Shown here piece after piece: positions 62,640-64,000 of a DNA stretch of 64,000 bases. The number at the start of each line of letters is the position of its first letter. Within the stretch, counting starts at the first letter, position 1. This stretch comes from Camelus dromedarius (taxonomy: Eukaryota), in assembly GCF_036321535.1 (NCBI RefSeq), contig NC_087437.1, forward strand, positions 54,624,001-54,688,000. The letters are read 5' to 3'. The notes under the pieces were generated by a model, which was not told the DNA's origin, ran no database searches, and saw only the letters and a program-made list of their open reading frames with translations. Position numbers and translations under genes: made by a program.

Positions 62640-63194
62640 TTTAAATTTTAGCTTGGATGAAGGGAATAGAAGTAAAACCTAGAGGAAATGGATGAATTTC
62701 CAGCAGAATATAAATACTGAAAAATGATCTCAAAAGAAGTATAAAACTGCTACAATTATTGTAGAAGTTGTTGGAAATACAATTTAGCTCTGTTATTAAA
62801 GTCACATACCTGGGTGGCTTTCCACAGAATTCTGATAAACCTTTTAAGTTCAGATAGTTCTAATCTCATCATTAAACTAATCCAAACATTAGAAAAGGAT
62901 GCAGAACTGCCATATCAAAACCTAACAATGATAAGTAAAACAAGTGGAGAAAAAACCACTAATGATCTTCACCAATGAGTATATGTACAAAAACTTTATA
63001 TAAATGAGCATATTTAATTCATCCATTTACCGAAACATTACAACTGTGACCGAGTAGGATTAATTTCTAGGACTTCAAAGATGGTTCAATACCTGGAAGT
63101 CTATGAACGTGATTCAGTTCACCCCTAAATTAAGAGAGGGGGAAAAGAGATGATTGTGTCAGTGGATGCTAAGAAGGGAGATAACACAGATTCG
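62640..63194 (+). mobile_element. Degenerate LINE-1 ORF2 (reverse transcriptase region) remnant
   Basis: aaaacctagaggaaatggatgaatt; gaccgagtaggattaatttctagg...gatggttcaata; ORF-track peptide MIVSVDAKK corresponds to the L1 ORF2p motif MIISIDAEK. Confidence 0.8.
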
Positions 63195-63224
63195 AGAAAG
63201 GGAAGAGTAACCAAGGAGATCAAC

Positions 63225-63640
63225 ATTTATTCATTCACGCATTCATGCGTAACATATTTCTCTGAGGGCCTCCTTGCCAGGCACTGTGCTGGTATAGTGA
63301 GAGCACTTAGGAACTTCCAGTTTATTGGGGCAGATAAGCAGGTGAATACCTAGCTTACGTGTGGACTGTTAGTATGGAACAAGTACTAGAAGAGCCTGGG
63401 AGTTAAGCTACTCTTTTTGGAGAGAGTTAGGGAAATGTTCACAGCATCAGAGTCATTTGAGCTGGGTCAAGGTAAAAAAAAAAGTGGGATCTGGTAGAAA
63501 GTGAAGGGAGGTATATGGCATTGTAGATGGTGGGCACAGCATGAGCAGAGATTCAGGGGCATCGAATTTCCTTGTAAATCCTGGGAATGGTGTCACTGGG
63601 TCATTGTTAACATGTAGAGGAATGGTATGAAAAGATGGTG
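63225..63640 (-). mobile_element. L2 fragment
   Basis: catttattcattcacgcattcat...ctgagggcctccttgccaggcactgtgctgg...gtcatttgagctggg...ggcattgtagatggtgggcacagcatgagcagag. Confidence 0.75.
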
Positions 63641-64000
63641 CTAAGGTCAAATGGGACAGATTCTTGGCCACACCCTGGCACATGCTGGAGATGTCACTGG
63701 AGTTGCCTGCAGGGCGAGTGCAGTGTCGCAGGGGTAATATATGGTGCTGGGGGTAGCTGAAAATACGATAGAGGCTATGCTTTGCATATGGATGCATAAG
63801 TTTTCATTTTTCATACTTTCCCGGAAGTTTCCTGTTCCTTTATATGTATGGAATTTCTGAAAAGGCCAGGATTCTACAGTCGATTGGCAATGTGAGATTG
63901 CTCTGGAAATGTGCCTCTTTGCTTTAGAAGTCACTGTATCCTATATTAACCCATTTTTAATGTTTCTATTTTGGAATAACTTAAGATTTATGGAAAATTT

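Larger units (their letters stand above)
1..64000 (+). other. Probable intronic sequence of a very long + strand mammalian gene (host not identified)
   Basis: No long ORF; dense ancient MIR/L2/DNA-transposon debris; T-runs visibly outnumber A-runs on + strand (by eye); best splice-signal pairs are on + strand. Inference only. Confidence 0.55.

Noticed and set aside
970..63934. All ORFs in the six-frame track as protein-coding genes
   Set aside because: All are 160 aa or shorter, many start at non-ATG codons, overlap on both strands and lack recognisable domains; expected background in mammalian noncoding DNA
1..64000. CRISPR-like array, tRNA/rRNA/snRNA gene, intact transposase or reverse transcriptase
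   Set aside because: No regularly spaced repeat-spacer array or recognisable structural RNA seen; all transposon coding remnants are disrupted

Overview
Placental-mammal genomic DNA with no convincing protein-coding ORF and nothing prokaryotic (no CRISPR, IS, rRNA or tRNA seen). Ancient eutherian repeats dominate: many MIR and L2 fragments, two L3/CR1 pieces, L1MB/MC/ME remnants, hAT MITEs (MER33, MER5, MER58, MER94, MER103-like), a 1.36-kb Charlie1-type element and three solo LTRs. One young 5'-truncated L1 tail with a long target-site duplication (TSD) resembles camelid L1 3' ends. With no Alu, B1/B2, Bov-A/BovB, PRE1 or Can-SINE seen, a camelid-like genome is my tentative reading. The T-rich + strand and + strand splice signals suggest the inside of a very long intron of a + strand gene that I cannot name. 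Best leads in the unique sequence: a well-formed 61-nt candidate exon (16800-16860), an ATG|GTGAGT first-exon-like junction in a motif-rich block (~6.5 kb), a PBX-HOX/MEIS-type enhancer candidate (~13.55 kb), a CAG|GTAAG recursive-splice-like site (47290/47291) and an unexplained 43-bp duplication (4180 and 5297). I found no evidence strong enough to claim a new biological system. Repeat family names come from recalled consensus sequences, not a database search, and repeat boundaries without TSDs are approximate.
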